Source of the DNA: Bacillota bacterium
GTDB lineage: Bacteria; Bacillota; SHA-98; UBA4971
Assembly (NCBI GenBank): GCA_014360195.1
Contig: JACIXY010000001.1
Location: 186,989-250,988 of the forward strand
DNA length: 64,000 nucleotides
Direction: 5' to 3'
Shown here: positions 50,873-61,805 of the stretch, one piece after another
Position numbering within the stretch: position 1 is the first letter of the stretch
Layout: the number at the start of each line of letters is the position of its first letter
Made by a program: the position numbers and the translations under genes
The notes under the pieces: generated by a model
Databases searched by the model: none
Told to the model about the DNA's origin: nothing
What the model saw: the letters and a program-made list of their open reading frames with translations, nothing else

Positions 50873-51823
50873 GTGGCTGGCAACAGAAACAGGAGCTTGC
50901 TCTGGCTCGGAATCGGTCTTCTTGTCGTGGTGCTCGTGGTGGTCGGAGTGTCAAGGGGCAGGAGGGTGGCCCTCGCGAAAGAGCCCACAATAAGGGTTTA
51001 CCTGTCGGACCAGAAGCGGGTCCAGGCGATGCCCATGGAGGAGTACGTAGCTGCCGTGGTGGCAGGAGAGATGAAGAACTACTGGCCAAAGGAGGCTCTA
51101 GCGGCTCAGGCGATCGTGGCGCGCACGTTCGCGCTCAAGACTCTTGAGGAAAAGCGCGGGAAGGGACCGATGGGTTCGGACATTCAGGCAGGGTTCAAGC
51201 AGGCCCAGGAATTCAAACCGGAGAACATAAACGACGCAATCAGATCGGCCGTCCGTGAGACGCGGGGGAAGGTCCTCACCCACAACGGCAAGCTCATCGA
51301 CGCGTGGTTCCACTCGAACGCCGGGGGTATCACGGCTCTCGCCAAGGAAGGCCTGAACTTTCGCGGTCCCGAGCCGCCCTACACCGTGGTCAAGAAAAGC
51401 CCCGACATGACGCCGGACGTCCCTGTCGAGGACCGCGTCTGGTCGGCGACGTTCAGCACGGCCGAGATCGAGGCCGCTCTGAATGAGATCGGGATCCCGG
51501 TCAGGGGGATAACCGGCATGACCATAGCAAGCCGGGGTCCTTCAGGGCGTGCGCAGACGATAACCATCCGCCATTCCGGCGGGGACGTCACGATCGGCGG
51601 CAACGACCTCCGGGTGGCCCTCGACCCCATGCGCATGAGGTCTAACCTCATAACGAGCCTTGAGGTTCGCGACGGCCAGGTGCGCATGAGCGGCAAGGGT
51701 TTCGGCCACGGCGTCGGGATGAGCCAGTGGGGCGCCCACAACATGGCGAAGGCAGGGCGCCGACACGAGGAAATCTGCACCTACTATTTCAAGGACGTGA
51801 GGGTGGAAAAGCGCTGGGCGTAG
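50873..51823 (+). CDS. spoIID: stage II sporulation protein D (SpoIID/LytB domain lytic transglycosylase)
   Basis: N-terminal TM, then SpoIID signature EALAAQAIVARTFAL...WFHSNAGGIT...GHGVGMSQWGA. The start is either the GTG at 50873 (RBS GGACGGAGG) or the GTG at 50810. Confidence 0.8.
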   Translation: MAGNRNRSLLWLGIGLLVVVLVVVGVSRGRRVALAKEPTIRVYLSDQKRVQAMPMEEYVAAVVAGEMKNYWPKEALAAQAIVARTFALKTLEEKRGKGPMGSDIQAGFKQAQEFKPENINDAIRSAVRETRGKVLTHNGKLIDAWFHSNAGGITALAKEGLNFRGPEPPYTVVKKSPDMTPDVPVEDRVWSATFSTAEIEAALNEIGIPVRGITGMTIASRGPSGRAQTITIRHSGGDVTIGGNDLRVALDPMRMRSNLITSLEVRDGQVRMSGKGFGHGVGMSQWGAHNMAKAGRRHEEICTYYFKDVRVEKRWA

Positions 51824-52076
51824 CCCATAGCGTGGAGGGAATTCCATCGTGGGAGTGGAAAGAAGAGGGCAGCGGGAAGAGGTCCTGGAGCGAAGCATCA
51901 CGCGGGAGGAGGATGGACTGGTGAAAGAGGAGTGCACACTGGTGGACGACGGTGCGGGCGACGCTGCGTCCGCCGGGTCCGGGCCCGTGAGGAGCGCAGC
52001 CGACGAATGTCCCGTGATGCTGCCTGAGGCGCACAGGGAGGGCGGTCAGGACGGCGATGTGCCAGGGAAGGCACGG

Positions 52077-54698
52077 ATGCCAGGGCCGAGCCCGGGGGCT
52101 GCCGGGTCTCGCGGTGGCGAGAGGCGCATCACGCTCCGGATCACCGGAATGACGTGCGCGTCGTGCGCCGCCAGGGTCGAGCGAGCGCTCGCGAGGTCCG
52201 AGGGCGTGCTCTCGGCCCGCGTCAACCTTGCCACCGAGCGCGCTACCGTTGTGTACGACCCGTCCCGCACTAGCGCGTCCGTGCTCGTCGACAGGGTCCG
52301 CGAGGCTGGCTATGACGTGGGCCTCGCCACTGTCACCCTCGTTGTCCCGGGCATGACGTGCGCCTCATGCGTAGCCAGGGTCGAGCGGGCGCTTCGGCGC
52401 GCCCCGGGCGTCATCGACGCAGCAGTAAATCTTGCCACCGAGAGGGCCACGGTCCGCTACAGCCCCGACGAGACCTCTCCTGCCGATCTTGTGAGAGTCG
52501 TCCACGATGCGGGGTACGAGGCCCGCGAGGTCCGCGAAGGTGAAGAGGCGGGTGCCGCGAAGGACAGGGAAGAGCGCCGTCGCGAAGCCGAGATAAGGCG
52601 CCAGAGGGCCCTTTTTGTCCTTGCGGCGGCTTTGTCGGCGCCCCTCCTCACTCTCATGCTTTCCCACCTCTTGGGTGTGCACCTGCCCTCGCCTTTCACC
52701 GACCCTCTCTTCCAATTCGCCCTCGCCACGCCGGTGCAGTTCGTGGCCGGGTGGCAGTTCTACACAGGGGCGCTGGCGGCTCTTCGCGCGCGCTCCCCGA
52801 ATATGGACGTGCTCGTTGCACTGGGCACCACGGCGGCATATGGGTTCAGCGTATACCAGACGTTCGTGGGTCGAGGCCACGTCTACTACGAGTCCTCAGC
52901 CGTGGTCATCACCCTTGTGCTTCTCGGGCGGCTCCTCGAGGCCCGGGCGAAGGGCAGGACCTCTGAGGCTATAAGAAAGCTCATGGGCCTTGCGCCCCGA
53001 GTTGCGCACGTGGTGCGCGATGGCAAGGAAGTGGACGTGCCCACGGACGAGGTGCGGGTGGGCGACGTAGTTGTCGTGAAGCCCGGCGAGAGGATACCGG
53101 TGGACGGGGTTATACTCGAGGGCACCTCGGTAGTGGACGAGTCCATGCTCACCGGCGAAAGCATCCCCGTCGAGAAGGGCCCCGGCGACGAGGTCACCGG
53201 GGCGACGGTCAACAGGCACGGGTCGTTCAAACTCCGTGCGACCAGGGTGGGAAGGGACACCGTTCTCTCCCAGATCGTACGGATGGTGGAAGAGGCGCAG
53301 GGGTCGAAAGCGCCCATCCAGCGCGTCGCCGACGTCGTCGCAGGGTACTTCGTCCCGGTGGTGCTTGGGGTGGCGCTCGTGGCCCTCGTAGGGTGGCTCA
53401 TCGCCACGGGTGATCCCGGCCGCGCGTTCTTTGCGTTCACGGCGGTGCTGGTGATCGCGTGCCCGTGCGCCCTCGGCCTTGCCACGCCGACTGCCATCAT
53501 GGTGGGCACAGGGAGGGGAGCTGAAGCTGGCATCCTCATCCGTGGCGCGGAGCATCTCGAAAGGGCGCACAAGATCGATACCGTGGTGTTCGATAAGACC
53601 GGGACCATCACCAGGGGCGAGCCGGAGGTGGTAAGCGAGGCAACGGCCCGAGCTGCGGGAACGTCAACAGCCGCGGTTGTGGCAACGGCAACGGCTGCAC
53701 CTGCGACGGCGGCAACGGCCGGGGTTACGACCGCGGCCGGGATCCCAGCTGGGGTTGCGCCCGCGGCAGAGCGGGCAGCAGCAGGAGACGCGTCGGCCAC
53801 ACCACGGGCGCAGGTCGGGCCTCGCGGCGGGCGCGAGCCGGCCCGCGAGATGCTGAGGCTGGCGGCGTCGGCCGAGATGCGGTCTGAGCACCCGCTTGGC
53901 GCGGCCATCGTGCGGCGGGCCCACGCCCTCGGGATCGAGCCGGCGGAGCCCACGCAGTTCGAGGCAATCCCGGGGAAGGGCATCCGCGCCCAGGTGGACG
54001 GCACCGTCGTACTCGTCGGGACGCGACGTCTTCTTGAGGAGAACGGCGTGGACGTGCCTTGCGGTCTTGATGAGGTACGGCACTCCATGGAGGCGCAGGG
54101 GCAGACCGCGATGCTCGTGGCGGCGGACGGACAGGCCCTCGGTGTCATCGGCGTGGCTGATACTGTGAAGGAGACTTCGCGCGAGGCCATCAGGGCCCTT
54201 CGTGCCCTGGGCGTGGACGTGGTCATGATAACGGGCGACAACGAGCGCACGGCCCGGGCCATCGCGCGCCAGGTGGGCATCGAGAGGGTGCTCGCAGAGG
54301 TGCTCCCGGGCGACAAGGCGAGGGAGGTGGAGCGGCTGCGCGCCGAGGGCAGGGTCGTGGCCATGGTCGGCGACGGCATCAACGACGCGCCGGCCCTCGC
54401 CGCGGCTGATGTCGGGATAGCCATGGGGACCGGCACCGACATAGCCATGGAAGCGGCGGATATCACGCTCATTCGAGGGGACCTTCGCGCCGTGGCCGCG
54501 GCCATCCGCCTCAGCCGACGCACTATGGCAACTATCCGCCAGAACCTGTTCTGGGCCTTCATCTACAATGTAATTGGCATCCCACTCGCGGCTTTCGGCC
54601 TTCTCTCCCCGGTGATCGCCGGGGCGGCCATGGCGTTCTCATCGGTGTCGGTCGTGACCAACTCCCTCAGGTTGCGCCGCTTCGACCCGCTCAGGTAG
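52077..54698 (+). CDS. copA: copper-translocating P1B-type ATPase with two N-terminal HMA domains
   Basis: Two [15 protein letters not shown] metal-binding domains, CPC ([12 protein letters not shown]), [15 protein letters not shown]. Contains an Ala/Thr-rich low-complexity insertion in the N-domain. The ORF is open from 51849, but the first 75 codons look non-coding. An ATG at 52077 or 52017 is more plausible. Confidence 0.85.
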   Translation: MPGPSPGAAGSRGGERRITLRITGMTCASCAARVERALARSEGVLSARVNLATERATVVYDPSRTSASVLVDRVREAGYDVGLATVTLVVPGMTCASCVARVERALRRAPGVIDAAVNLATERATVRYSPDETSPADLVRVVHDAGYEAREVREGEEAGAAKDREERRREAEIRRQRALFVLAAALSAPLLTLMLSHLLGVHLPSPFTDPLFQFALATPVQFVAGWQFYTGALAALRARSPNMDVLVALGTTAAYGFSVYQTFVGRGHVYYESSAVVITLVLLGRLLEARAKGRTSEAIRKLMGLAPRVAHVVRDGKEVDVPTDEVRVGDVVVVKPGERIPVDGVILEGTSVVDESMLTGESIPVEKGPGDEVTGATVNRHGSFKLRATRVGRDTVLSQIVRMVEEAQGSKAPIQRVADVVAGYFVPVVLGVALVALVGWLIATGDPGRAFFAFTAVLVIACPCALGLATPTAIMVGTGRGAEAGILIRGAEHLERAHKIDTVVFDKTGTITRGEPEVVSEATARAAGTSTAAVVATATAAPATAATAGVTTAAGIPAGVAPAAERAAAGDASATPRAQVGPRGGREPAREMLRLAASAEMRSEHPLGAAIVRRAHALGIEPAEPTQFEAIPGKGIRAQVDGTVVLVGTRRLLEENGVDVPCGLDEVRHSMEAQGQTAMLVAADGQALGVIGVADTVKETSREAIRALRALGVDVVMITGDNERTARAIARQVGIERVLAEVLPGDKAREVERLRAEGRVVAMVGDGINDAPALAAADVGIAMGTGTDIAMEAADITLIRGDLRAVAAAIRLSRRTMATIRQNLFWAFIYNVIGIPLAAFGLLSPVIAGAAMAFSSVSVVTNSLRLRRFDPLR

Positions 54699-55695
54699 GA
54701 AGCGCAGCGATTATGGCATCCGCCATTTTGTCGGTGGTGGCGTTGCCACCGAGGTCTGGCGTAAGGACACGGCCTTCGGCCAGGACCTTCGTTACCGCGG
54801 CTTCGACGGCGGCGGCGCGTTCAGCCTCTTCGAGGTGTCGCAGCATCATGGCGCCGGACAGGATCGTGGCGATGGGATTTGCGATCCCTCGCCCCGCGAG
54901 CTCGGGAGCACTTCCGTGTACGGGCTCGAAGACGGCTATTTCGTCCCCGATGTTGGCCCCGGGAGCGAGTCCCAGCCCGCCTGCAAGTCCCGACGCGAGG
55001 TCCGACACGATGTCCCCGTACAGATTGGGCAGGAGCAGCACGTCGAAGCTCTCTGGTGCCATCACGAGCTGCATGCACAGGGCGTCGATGATGCGATCGT
55101 CGAACTCGATCTCCGGATAGTCGCGGGCCACCTGACGGGCGCAGTCTAGGAAAAGCCCATCAGTGAGCTTCATGATATTGGCCTTGTGGCCGCAGGTCAC
55201 CTGACGTCGTCCCTCGCGCCTGGCGAACTCCATCGCGGCGCGGGCGATGCGTTCCGAGCCTTTCCGAGTAATGACTTTGACCGTTTCTGCCGTGTCCTCG
55301 TCCACCCATCGCTCCTTGCCCGCGTATACGTCCTCAGTGGCCTCTCGAAAGATCACGAGGTCCACTCGAGCATACCTTCCGGGCACGCCGGGCAGCGTTC
55401 TAACCGGGCGGACATTGGCATAAAGGTCGAGAGCAACACGCAGGCCCACATTGACGCTGCGGAACCCGCTTGCTACAGGCGTCGTGACGGGGCCTTTGAG
55501 GGCGACGCCGGTCCGTCGCACCGACTCGACGACCTCGTCGGGGAGGGGAGTGCCGCAGCGCGCGAGCATTTCCGCACCTGCCTGCACTTGCTCCCACTCG
55601 ATCGCAGCTCCGGTGGCTTCGAGCACTCGCTTTGCCGCGAGGACCACTTCCGGGCCGATGCCGTCCCCAAGGATAAGCGTTACTCTGTGCGACAC
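54691..55695 (-). CDS. leuB: 3-isopropylmalate dehydrogenase family enzyme (short LeuB/HICDH/IDH-type beta-decarboxylating dehydrogenase)
   Basis: 334 aa, [49 protein letters not shown]. Last gene of the leuA-like/leuC/leuD/leuB string. Confidence 0.75.
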   Translation of the reverse strand: MSHRVTLILGDGIGPEVVLAAKRVLEATGAAIEWEQVQAGAEMLARCGTPLPDEVVESVRRTGVALKGPVTTPVASGFRSVNVGLRVALDLYANVRPVRTLPGVPGRYARVDLVIFREATEDVYAGKERWVDEDTAETVKVITRKGSERIARAAMEFARREGRRQVTCGHKANIMKLTDGLFLDCARQVARDYPEIEFDDRIIDALCMQLVMAPESFDVLLLPNLYGDIVSDLASGLAGGLGLAPGANIGDEIAVFEPVHGSAPELAGRGIANPIATILSGAMMLRHLEEAERAAAVEAAVTKVLAEGRVLTPDLGGNATTDKMADAIIAALPT

Positions 55696-55809
55696 GGTCT
55701 ATCCCTCCGGCGGACCGGCTTTGATGTCGTCGGTCGCACGTAGTCGCGCATAAGTAAGTCCTTACCCGTCCGGCGGATTGGTGCGATGGTGCTTGCAGTT
55801 CACGCAAGG

Positions 55810-56313
55810 TCACAAGCCAAGGTGGAATCCGCCGTGCTTACGGATGTGTGCCGCAAGACCGCCGTCCTCGAAGATTCGCTGCATGAACCGGGGAAGCGGA
55901 CTTGCGTTGACGGTGATGCCGCGGGTGAGGTTGTGCACGGTGCCGCGGCAGAGGTCGACCTCGAGCTCGTCCCCGTCGAGGATGCCGCTGGTGTCGCACT
56001 CCACCACGGGCAGGCCGGTGTTCACCGCGTTTCTATAGAACAGCCTGGCGAAGGATGCCGCGATGACCGCTCCGACCTTCGAATGGATGAGTGCAAGGGG
56101 CGCCTGCTCTCGAGAGGAGCCGCACCCGAAGTTCTTTCCCGCCACGATGAAGTCTCCAGGCTTGAGCCTGGCATGGAACCCGGGGTCAAGGTCCTCCATC
56201 ACGTGTTTTGCGAGTTCGTCCATGTCGAGCGTCTTGAACTTGTACTTGCCGGCGATGATGTAGTCGGTATTGATGTCATCGCCGAACCTGTGGGACCTTC
56301 CTCTCAGCACCAC
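55810..56313 (-). CDS. leuD: 3-isopropylmalate/homoaconitate dehydratase small subunit (archaeal-type, 167 aa)
   Basis: MVLRGRSHRFGDDINTDYIIAGKYKFKT...GKNFGCGSSREQAP is the aconitase swivel domain. Confidence 0.85.
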   Translation of the reverse strand: MVLRGRSHRFGDDINTDYIIAGKYKFKTLDMDELAKHVMEDLDPGFHARLKPGDFIVAGKNFGCGSSREQAPLALIHSKVGAVIAASFARLFYRNAVNTGLPVVECDTSGILDGDELEVDLCRGTVHNLTRGITVNASPLPRFMQRIFEDGGLAAHIRKHGGFHLGL

Positions 56314-56366
56314 CTGGCTATCACCCCTGTGATAACCGACCGTCGGCCGGGCCTTTTGCTGGCTTG

Positions 56367-57623
56367 TTACCCAAGGAACTTCCTGGGGTCCGTGATCTTT
56401 CCTGTGATGGCCGAGGCCGCCACCGTCGCAGGGGAGGCGAGGTATATCTCGGCCGCGGAATTACCCATTCTCCCCTTGAAATTGCGGTTGGCGGTGGATA
56501 TCACGACCTCGCCGTCCGCGGGCACGCCGGCATGGGTGCCGACGCACGGTCCGCATCCAGGGACAAGTACCGTGGCGCCTGCTTCCAGGAGGATCTTCAG
56601 CACTCCCTCGCGCAGCGCTCCCATGAGGACCTGCTTGGACGCTGGCGCAACCACGAGGCGCACGGAGCGGTGTACCGTCTTTCCTTCCAGTATCGCGGCG
56701 GCGACGCGGAGGTCTTCTAGCCGGCCGTTCGTGCAGGTCCCGATGAAAGCCTGGTGAATCTCGACTCCTGAAAGGTCTTGGGCATCACAGACCTGGTCCA
56801 CCTTGTGCGGACGAGCTACTTGCGGGACAAGCCGCGAGACGTCGAACTCTCGTGCGTCAGCATAGCGAGCGTCTTCGTCGGCGAAGACCGGGTGGAACTT
56901 CTTCTTTGATCGACCGCGTACCCACGCGAGGACCTCTCCGCTGGGCGCTATAATTCCAGCTTTGGCACCCATCTCCACTGCCATGTTGCACAGCGTGAAC
57001 CTGGCGTCCACCCCAAGGTGGCCCACCGCCTCGCCGCAGAACTCGCAGGACATGTATGTTGCACCGGAGGCTGTAAGCCTCCCGGCAAGGTATAGCGCCA
57101 GGTCCTTGCTATATGTACCCGCCGGCAGCCGGCCTCTGCAGACGATCTTCATGCTCTCCGGCACCTTGAGCCACGTCTTGCCCGTAATGAGGGCTGCCGC
57201 GAGGTCCGTGGACCCTACGCCCGTGGAGAAGGCGCCGAGGCCGCCATAGGTGCAGGTATGGGAGTCCGCTCCTATGACAAGGTCTCCTGGCACAACGTGC
57301 CCGCGCTCCGGGATCAGTTGGTGACACACGCCCTCGCCGATGTCATACAGGATGATGCCTTGCTCCCTGGCGAAGTCCCTCATGAGTTTGTGCAGGTTCG
57401 CCGTCCCCTCGTTGGGGCTGGGTGCGCCGTGGTCTATCACCATGGCGACCTTCGCGGGGTCGAAGACCCTCTCGCCGCCCATGTCACGGAAGGCCTTGAT
57501 CGCAAGAGGCGATGTCCCGTCCTGCCCCATTACGAAGTCCACGTCAGCGAGGACGATATCTCCGGCGCGCGCATCGTTACCCGAGTGGGTTGAGAGGATC
57601 TTCTCGGCGATGGTCTTACCCAA
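56367..57623 (-). CDS. leuC: 3-isopropylmalate/homoaconitate dehydratase large subunit (archaeal-type, 418 aa)
   Basis: Aconitase family with Fe-S ligand Cys (GTCTNGRLEDL, PGCGPCVG). MGKTIAEKILSTHSG N-terminus. Confidence 0.85.
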   Translation of the reverse strand: MGKTIAEKILSTHSGNDARAGDIVLADVDFVMGQDGTSPLAIKAFRDMGGERVFDPAKVAMVIDHGAPSPNEGTANLHKLMRDFAREQGIILYDIGEGVCHQLIPERGHVVPGDLVIGADSHTCTYGGLGAFSTGVGSTDLAAALITGKTWLKVPESMKIVCRGRLPAGTYSKDLALYLAGRLTASGATYMSCEFCGEAVGHLGVDARFTLCNMAVEMGAKAGIIAPSGEVLAWVRGRSKKKFHPVFADEDARYADAREFDVSRLVPQVARPHKVDQVCDAQDLSGVEIHQAFIGTCTNGRLEDLRVAAAILEGKTVHRSVRLVVAPASKQVLMGALREGVLKILLEAGATVLVPGCGPCVGTHAGVPADGEVVISTANRNFKGRMGNSAAEIYLASPATVAASAITGKITDPRKFLG

Positions 57624-57662
57624 GCTGACGATGCCTCCCTTGTGCGTTGGCGCCGCTCGCTG

Positions 57663-58859
57663 CTACTTGTGAGCGGACATATCCCTTTTGGCGTCTTCGT
57701 ATATATATACAAGTTCTTTATCGAAGAGGGGGCGTTTGAGGTTTACCGCAGCGGCGCGCACTGCGGGCAACATGGCCGCCGCCTCCTCGTCAGTGAGGTT
57801 GATGCCGTATTCAAGGAACTTCGCCTTGAGCGCATGTTTCCCGGAATGCTTCCCGATGATGATCTGCCTCTGGAGCCCTACTTCCTCTGGCGGAAAGACC
57901 TCGTAAGTCTTGGGATTCTTGAGGACTCCGTCCGCATGGATGCCAGACTCATGTGCGAACGTGTTTGTGCCGACAATAGGCTTCGAAGGAGGTATCTCCC
58001 TGCCCGAGGCCCTCGCCACGTACTCGGAAACCTCCCTGAACCTGGTGGTTTTGACCCCGAGGTCGATGCCGTAGATGTGCTTGAGGGCCATTACGACCTC
58101 CTCGAGAGCCGCGTTGCCCGCACGCTCGCCGAGACCGTTCACAGTGACCCCGACGTACCTGGCACCCGCCTGCACGCCTGCCAGGGTGTTGGCGGTCGCC
58201 ATTCCGAAATCGTTGTGGGTATGAGTCTCGATGTCCAGCCCGGTCTGCTCGCGAAGGGTCTTGACGCGGTCATACATGGTCAACGGATCCAACAGGCCGA
58301 CGGTGTCGCAGTAGCGGAGCCTGTTCGCGCCCGCGCCCTTCGCTGCCATGGCGAACTCAAGGAGGAAGGCGGGGTCAGCGCGGCTTGCGTCCTCGGCGTT
58401 GACCGATATGTACAGGCCATGCTGCGCTGCGTACACCACTGCCTGCGTCATGGCGTCGAGGACCTGCTGACGAGTCATCCGAAGCTTGTGAAAGATGTGT
58501 ATGTCGGAGACCGAAATGGATATGGCTACGGCATCCACTCCGCACTCGATCGAGGCATCTATGTCTGAGATGACGGCCCTGTTCCACGCCATGATGCTGG
58601 CCTCGAGGCCCGCGTGGGCGATCGCCTTGACTGCTTCTTTCTCGTCGCCGCCCATGGCAGGGATCCCGGCCTCGATCTGGTCAACACCGATTTCGTCCAG
58701 CATCCTCGCGATTCGCAGCTTCTCCGTGAGAGCAAACACGACGCCTGCTGTTTGCTCGCCGTCCCGCAACGTTGTGTCAACAAGCAGCACCTTCTTGTCT
58801 CTGTCCTTCATTGCTCCTTCCCTCCTCTTTTCCAGTAGCGGGCTTGCATACATATGCAC
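57663..58859 (-). CDS. short-form 2-isopropylmalate synthase / homocitrate synthase / citramalate synthase family enzyme (no C-terminal LeuA regulatory domain)
   Basis: [18 protein letters not shown]...[20 protein letters not shown]...[20 protein letters not shown]. 398 aa, most like NifV/CimA-type members of the family. A candidate promoter TTGACA-N18-TAGTGT lies on the minus strand at about 58935-58967. Confidence 0.75.
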   Translation of the reverse strand: MHMYASPLLEKRREGAMKDRDKKVLLVDTTLRDGEQTAGVVFALTEKLRIARMLDEIGVDQIEAGIPAMGGDEKEAVKAIAHAGLEASIMAWNRAVISDIDASIECGVDAVAISISVSDIHIFHKLRMTRQQVLDAMTQAVVYAAQHGLYISVNAEDASRADPAFLLEFAMAAKGAGANRLRYCDTVGLLDPLTMYDRVKTLREQTGLDIETHTHNDFGMATANTLAGVQAGARYVGVTVNGLGERAGNAALEEVVMALKHIYGIDLGVKTTRFREVSEYVARASGREIPPSKPIVGTNTFAHESGIHADGVLKNPKTYEVFPPEEVGLQRQIIIGKHSGKHALKAKFLEYGINLTDEEAAAMLPAVRAAAVNLKRPLFDKELVYIYEDAKRDMSAHK

Positions 58860-59157
58860 ACGCTGCCGCGGCCGTATCGCAATCCCGTGCTGTGTCGCCT
58901 GCTGACGACCGATCAGCGGTCTGCATGTGTATGTATATGCTATTACACTACACTCTCGAACGTCTTCCTGTCAAGAGCAGATTTAGACCATCATGCCTTT
59001 TTCGGGAGACCACGGCAGAGAAGTCGGGCGTCCTGCAACCTCTGTCAGCATTCACGCTTCCGGCGGGAGGGTGCCCGGCAGGAAAGGGCATAATCTGCGA
59101 GAAGTATAAAGAATATAGAGCAGGCGCTGCGAAGAACGGGTCTACGGGGGGCTTGCT

Positions 59158-60462
59158 GTGGTTCTGGTCTCGTGCAGTTATGTACCACTCGAGATCCCGC
59201 TCGCCCTCGGGATACCTGCGAAGAGGGCCGTTTTCCGGGAGCCGGGCGCCTCCTGCGAGGCGTATCTTCCGCGCGACTTCTGTCCCTACGCGAAGGCGTT
59301 TGCGCGGGAGCACGGGCAAGACTGTGTTGTCGCTATAGCGGGGTCGTGCGATGCCATGCGGCGCGCCTATGACGCGCTACGATACTTTGGACTCGCCCGC
59401 GAAGTTCATTTCGTGGATGTGCCGAGAAGCTGCGGTGGCGGAGCAGAGGCGTACTACGCCGGGGTTCTGAGAGACTTTGCCCTCGAGCTGGCGCATGCCG
59501 TCCGGCGCGAAAGAGGCGATGCCGGAGCATCCGCGCACGATGTGGACGGGCCTTTGTTCCAGCGACGACTCGTCGCGGTCATGCAGTCCATGAATTCGCT
59601 TCGCCAGGGGCTTTCACGCCTGTTCGAGCTTGTGGCCGAGGGCCGGATATCGGCCATGGACGCCATCGGTACAGCGCTCAGGGTGAATGATGCCCTTGGT
59701 ACCAGGCCCCGGGGCAACTGGGACAGTGCTTCAGGTGCGCCTGCCGACGCAGGGGCGGCACGAGGCAGCGAGCGCGGAGGGTTCATGAGCACGGCGGGCA
59801 CGGCGGTGGTGCTGGAGGGCGCGATGCGCCTCGCGGGACCGTGCGGGCCGGGCGCCGGCGGAAGCGGGGGAAGCGGCCAAAGCCGTAGTGGCGGCCGTCC
59901 CGGCGGAAGGGCGCGGGTCGGGGTCTCGGGGACATGCCTCCTGGAGCCTGCGCTTCTCGGCGTGCTCGAGGAGGTGGGGCTGGCGGTGGCCTTCGTAGAT
60001 TCGTGCCTTGGTCCGCGCAGCTTTGATTTCCGTGTCCCGACGGACGAAGGCGTGGGCCAGGCGGAGGGAGACCCGCGTACGGACGCGGGTGCTGACGAGA
60101 ATGCGGCGGCCGGTGTAAACTCCAGCGTAATCCCCGGCGGGAGCCTCGACCCGTTTTACGCGCTAGCCCACGCGTACCTCGGCAAACCCGCATGTCCCAG
60201 GATGTTCGTGGGCGATATGCGAGCACAGCATCTCCGAAAGCTCGTGCGGTCATGCGGGGTGCACGGGATCGTATACTTCGCGCCGAAGTTTTGCGACCAC
60301 GCGTACTACGATTTCGCGGAGCTAAAGAGGCACGTGGGAGAAAGCGAAGGGCTGCCCATGCTTCTTCTGGAGGGGGAATACGGGTCGGCTAGATCCGGCC
60401 AGACCCTTACGCGCGTCACCGCGTTCAGGGAGATGCTGGAAGGACGGCTGGGGCTGGGATGA
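59158..60462 (+). CDS. 2-hydroxyacyl-CoA dehydratase family subunit (HgdB/HadC-like, PF06050) with large Gly/Ala/Ser-rich internal insertion
   Basis: N-terminal CPYAKAFAREHG...VVAIAGSCDAMRRAYDALRYFG and C-terminal FAPKFCDHAYYDFAELKRH...PMLLLEGEYG match the dehydratase D-component fold. About 150 aa of low-complexity sequence lies in between. GTG start. Confidence 0.65.
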   Translation: MVLVSCSYVPLEIPLALGIPAKRAVFREPGASCEAYLPRDFCPYAKAFAREHGQDCVVAIAGSCDAMRRAYDALRYFGLAREVHFVDVPRSCGGGAEAYYAGVLRDFALELAHAVRRERGDAGASAHDVDGPLFQRRLVAVMQSMNSLRQGLSRLFELVAEGRISAMDAIGTALRVNDALGTRPRGNWDSASGAPADAGAARGSERGGFMSTAGTAVVLEGAMRLAGPCGPGAGGSGGSGQSRSGGRPGGRARVGVSGTCLLEPALLGVLEEVGLAVAFVDSCLGPRSFDFRVPTDEGVGQAEGDPRTDAGADENAAAGVNSSVIPGGSLDPFYALAHAYLGKPACPRMFVGDMRAQHLRKLVRSCGVHGIVYFAPKFCDHAYYDFAELKRHVGESEGLPMLLLEGEYGSARSGQTLTRVTAFREMLEGRLGLG

Positions 60463-61799
60463 TGCACTTCGGCATCCCATCAAGGTTCTGGCAAATGGTG
60501 GGCCAGGCTGCCGGGGGCGCGGCCCGCCAGACTGCCACGCGAGGGGCCAGATGGACGGTGGTCCGTCCGGAGGTCCTACTGCGCTGGAAGTTGGCATACA
60601 AGGTCGCTTCAGCGGCGCTTCCGTTGCTCGAGGCGCGCGGGGCGAAGGCATACCAGGTTGCGGCGATAAGGTGCGTGCTCTCTGACTTTGCCGATGCCTA
60701 CCTCGGCAGGAAACCATGCATATTCACGAGCGCCTTCGTGCCGACCGAGCTGGTTTACGGCCTCGGCGGCGTGCCGTTCCTCCCCGAGGCCGCGGCGGGC
60801 CTTGCGGCGGCCTTCGGGCTTGCTGCCAGGAGCCTCTTTGCTTGCGAGGCCCTCTGGTACTCGCCGGATCTTTGCAGCTTCCACCGGGCTGGACTGGGCG
60901 GGGCCGCGTCGGGTCTTCTGCCGCGACCGTCCGCTGTCATCGTCACATCCCACCTGTGCGACGGGGGCAAGAGGTCGCTACTTCACATCAGCAGGCTCGC
61001 CGGATGCCCGTTTTACATGCTGGACGTCCCGTACATCCCCTCCGACCGGGCCACGCGGTGGCTTGCTTCCCAGATCGAGCACGTGGCAGGGGACCTCGCG
61101 CGGCGCGTGCCGGGGCTTTCCCTCGAGGGGCTGGCGCAGGCGCTTCACCGCTCCAACGAAGCTCTTGCGGAATACGAGCGAGTCTCGGCACTGAGGCGAA
61201 ACGTGCCGGCCCCGTGGCGCGGGTCCGAAGCGCTGAACTACGTCCTTCTGTTCCTGTGGTCGTGGGGAAGCCCTTCGCTTGCACCGTTCTATCGCGCGCT
61301 CCGGCTGCATCTCGAGCGGACGATTGCCACAGGTGACTTCCCGGTCCGGGACGAGCGGCACAGGCTCCTGTGGCTGAACCTCAGGCCCTACTATGATACA
61401 AGGGTGTTCAAGCATCTCGAAGGCGACCGGGCTTCGTCGGTGGCTTTCGAGGAATACAGCTTCGCATACTGGCCCAGCCTGGATCCCCGCGATCCCTTCG
61501 CGAGCCTTGCGGAGAAGATGATGTCAAACTTCGGCTGGGGCCCGATCGAGCGCCGGCTCGAAGCCCTCGAGAGGCTTGTGGACGACTATTCCGTCGACGG
61601 GGTGGTGCAGTTCGCCCAGTGGGGGTGCAGGCAATCCAACGGCGGTGCAGCAATCATCGCCAGGGAGCTCAGGAAGAAGGGCATTCCCTTCCTCAACCTG
61701 GATGGAGACGGGGTCGACGCGAGATGTGGAACTGAGGCGCAGGCCATCACCAGGCTCGGGGCCTTCATAGAGCTTCTCGATGCGCGGAGGGGCTGGTGA
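60459..61799 (+). CDS. 2-hydroxyacyl-CoA dehydratase / benzoyl-CoA reductase family subunit (HgdA/BcrC/BadD-like)
   Basis: HLCDGGKRSLLHISRLAGCPFYMLDVPYIP and FAQWGCRQSNGGAAIIARELRKKGIPFLNLDGDGVD are conserved Cys-containing motifs of the family. The ATG overlaps the upstream stop. Confidence 0.7.
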   Translation: MMHFGIPSRFWQMVGQAAGGAARQTATRGARWTVVRPEVLLRWKLAYKVASAALPLLEARGAKAYQVAAIRCVLSDFADAYLGRKPCIFTSAFVPTELVYGLGGVPFLPEAAAGLAAAFGLAARSLFACEALWYSPDLCSFHRAGLGGAASGLLPRPSAVIVTSHLCDGGKRSLLHISRLAGCPFYMLDVPYIPSDRATRWLASQIEHVAGDLARRVPGLSLEGLAQALHRSNEALAEYERVSALRRNVPAPWRGSEALNYVLLFLWSWGSPSLAPFYRALRLHLERTIATGDFPVRDERHRLLWLNLRPYYDTRVFKHLEGDRASSVAFEEYSFAYWPSLDPRDPFASLAEKMMSNFGWGPIERRLEALERLVDDYSVDGVVQFAQWGCRQSNGGAAIIARELRKKGIPFLNLDGDGVDARCGTEAQAITRLGAFIELLDARRGW

Positions 61800-61805
61800 T
61801 ACGGG

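Noticed and set aside
51849-52076. 76-codon N-terminal extension of the copA ORF
   Set aside because: The extension is compositionally atypical of protein sequence. An ATG at 52077 with a plausible RBS lies a few residues before the first HMA domain.
55786-56757. 323-aa plus-strand ORF overlapping leuD/leuC
   Set aside because: Antisense shadow of the conserved leuD and leuC genes.
58860-59157. Looked for a leucine T-box or leader-peptide attenuator upstream of the leuA-like operon
   Set aside because: The reverse complement shows a plausible promoter but no T-box core and no Leu-codon-rich leader peptide followed by a terminator.
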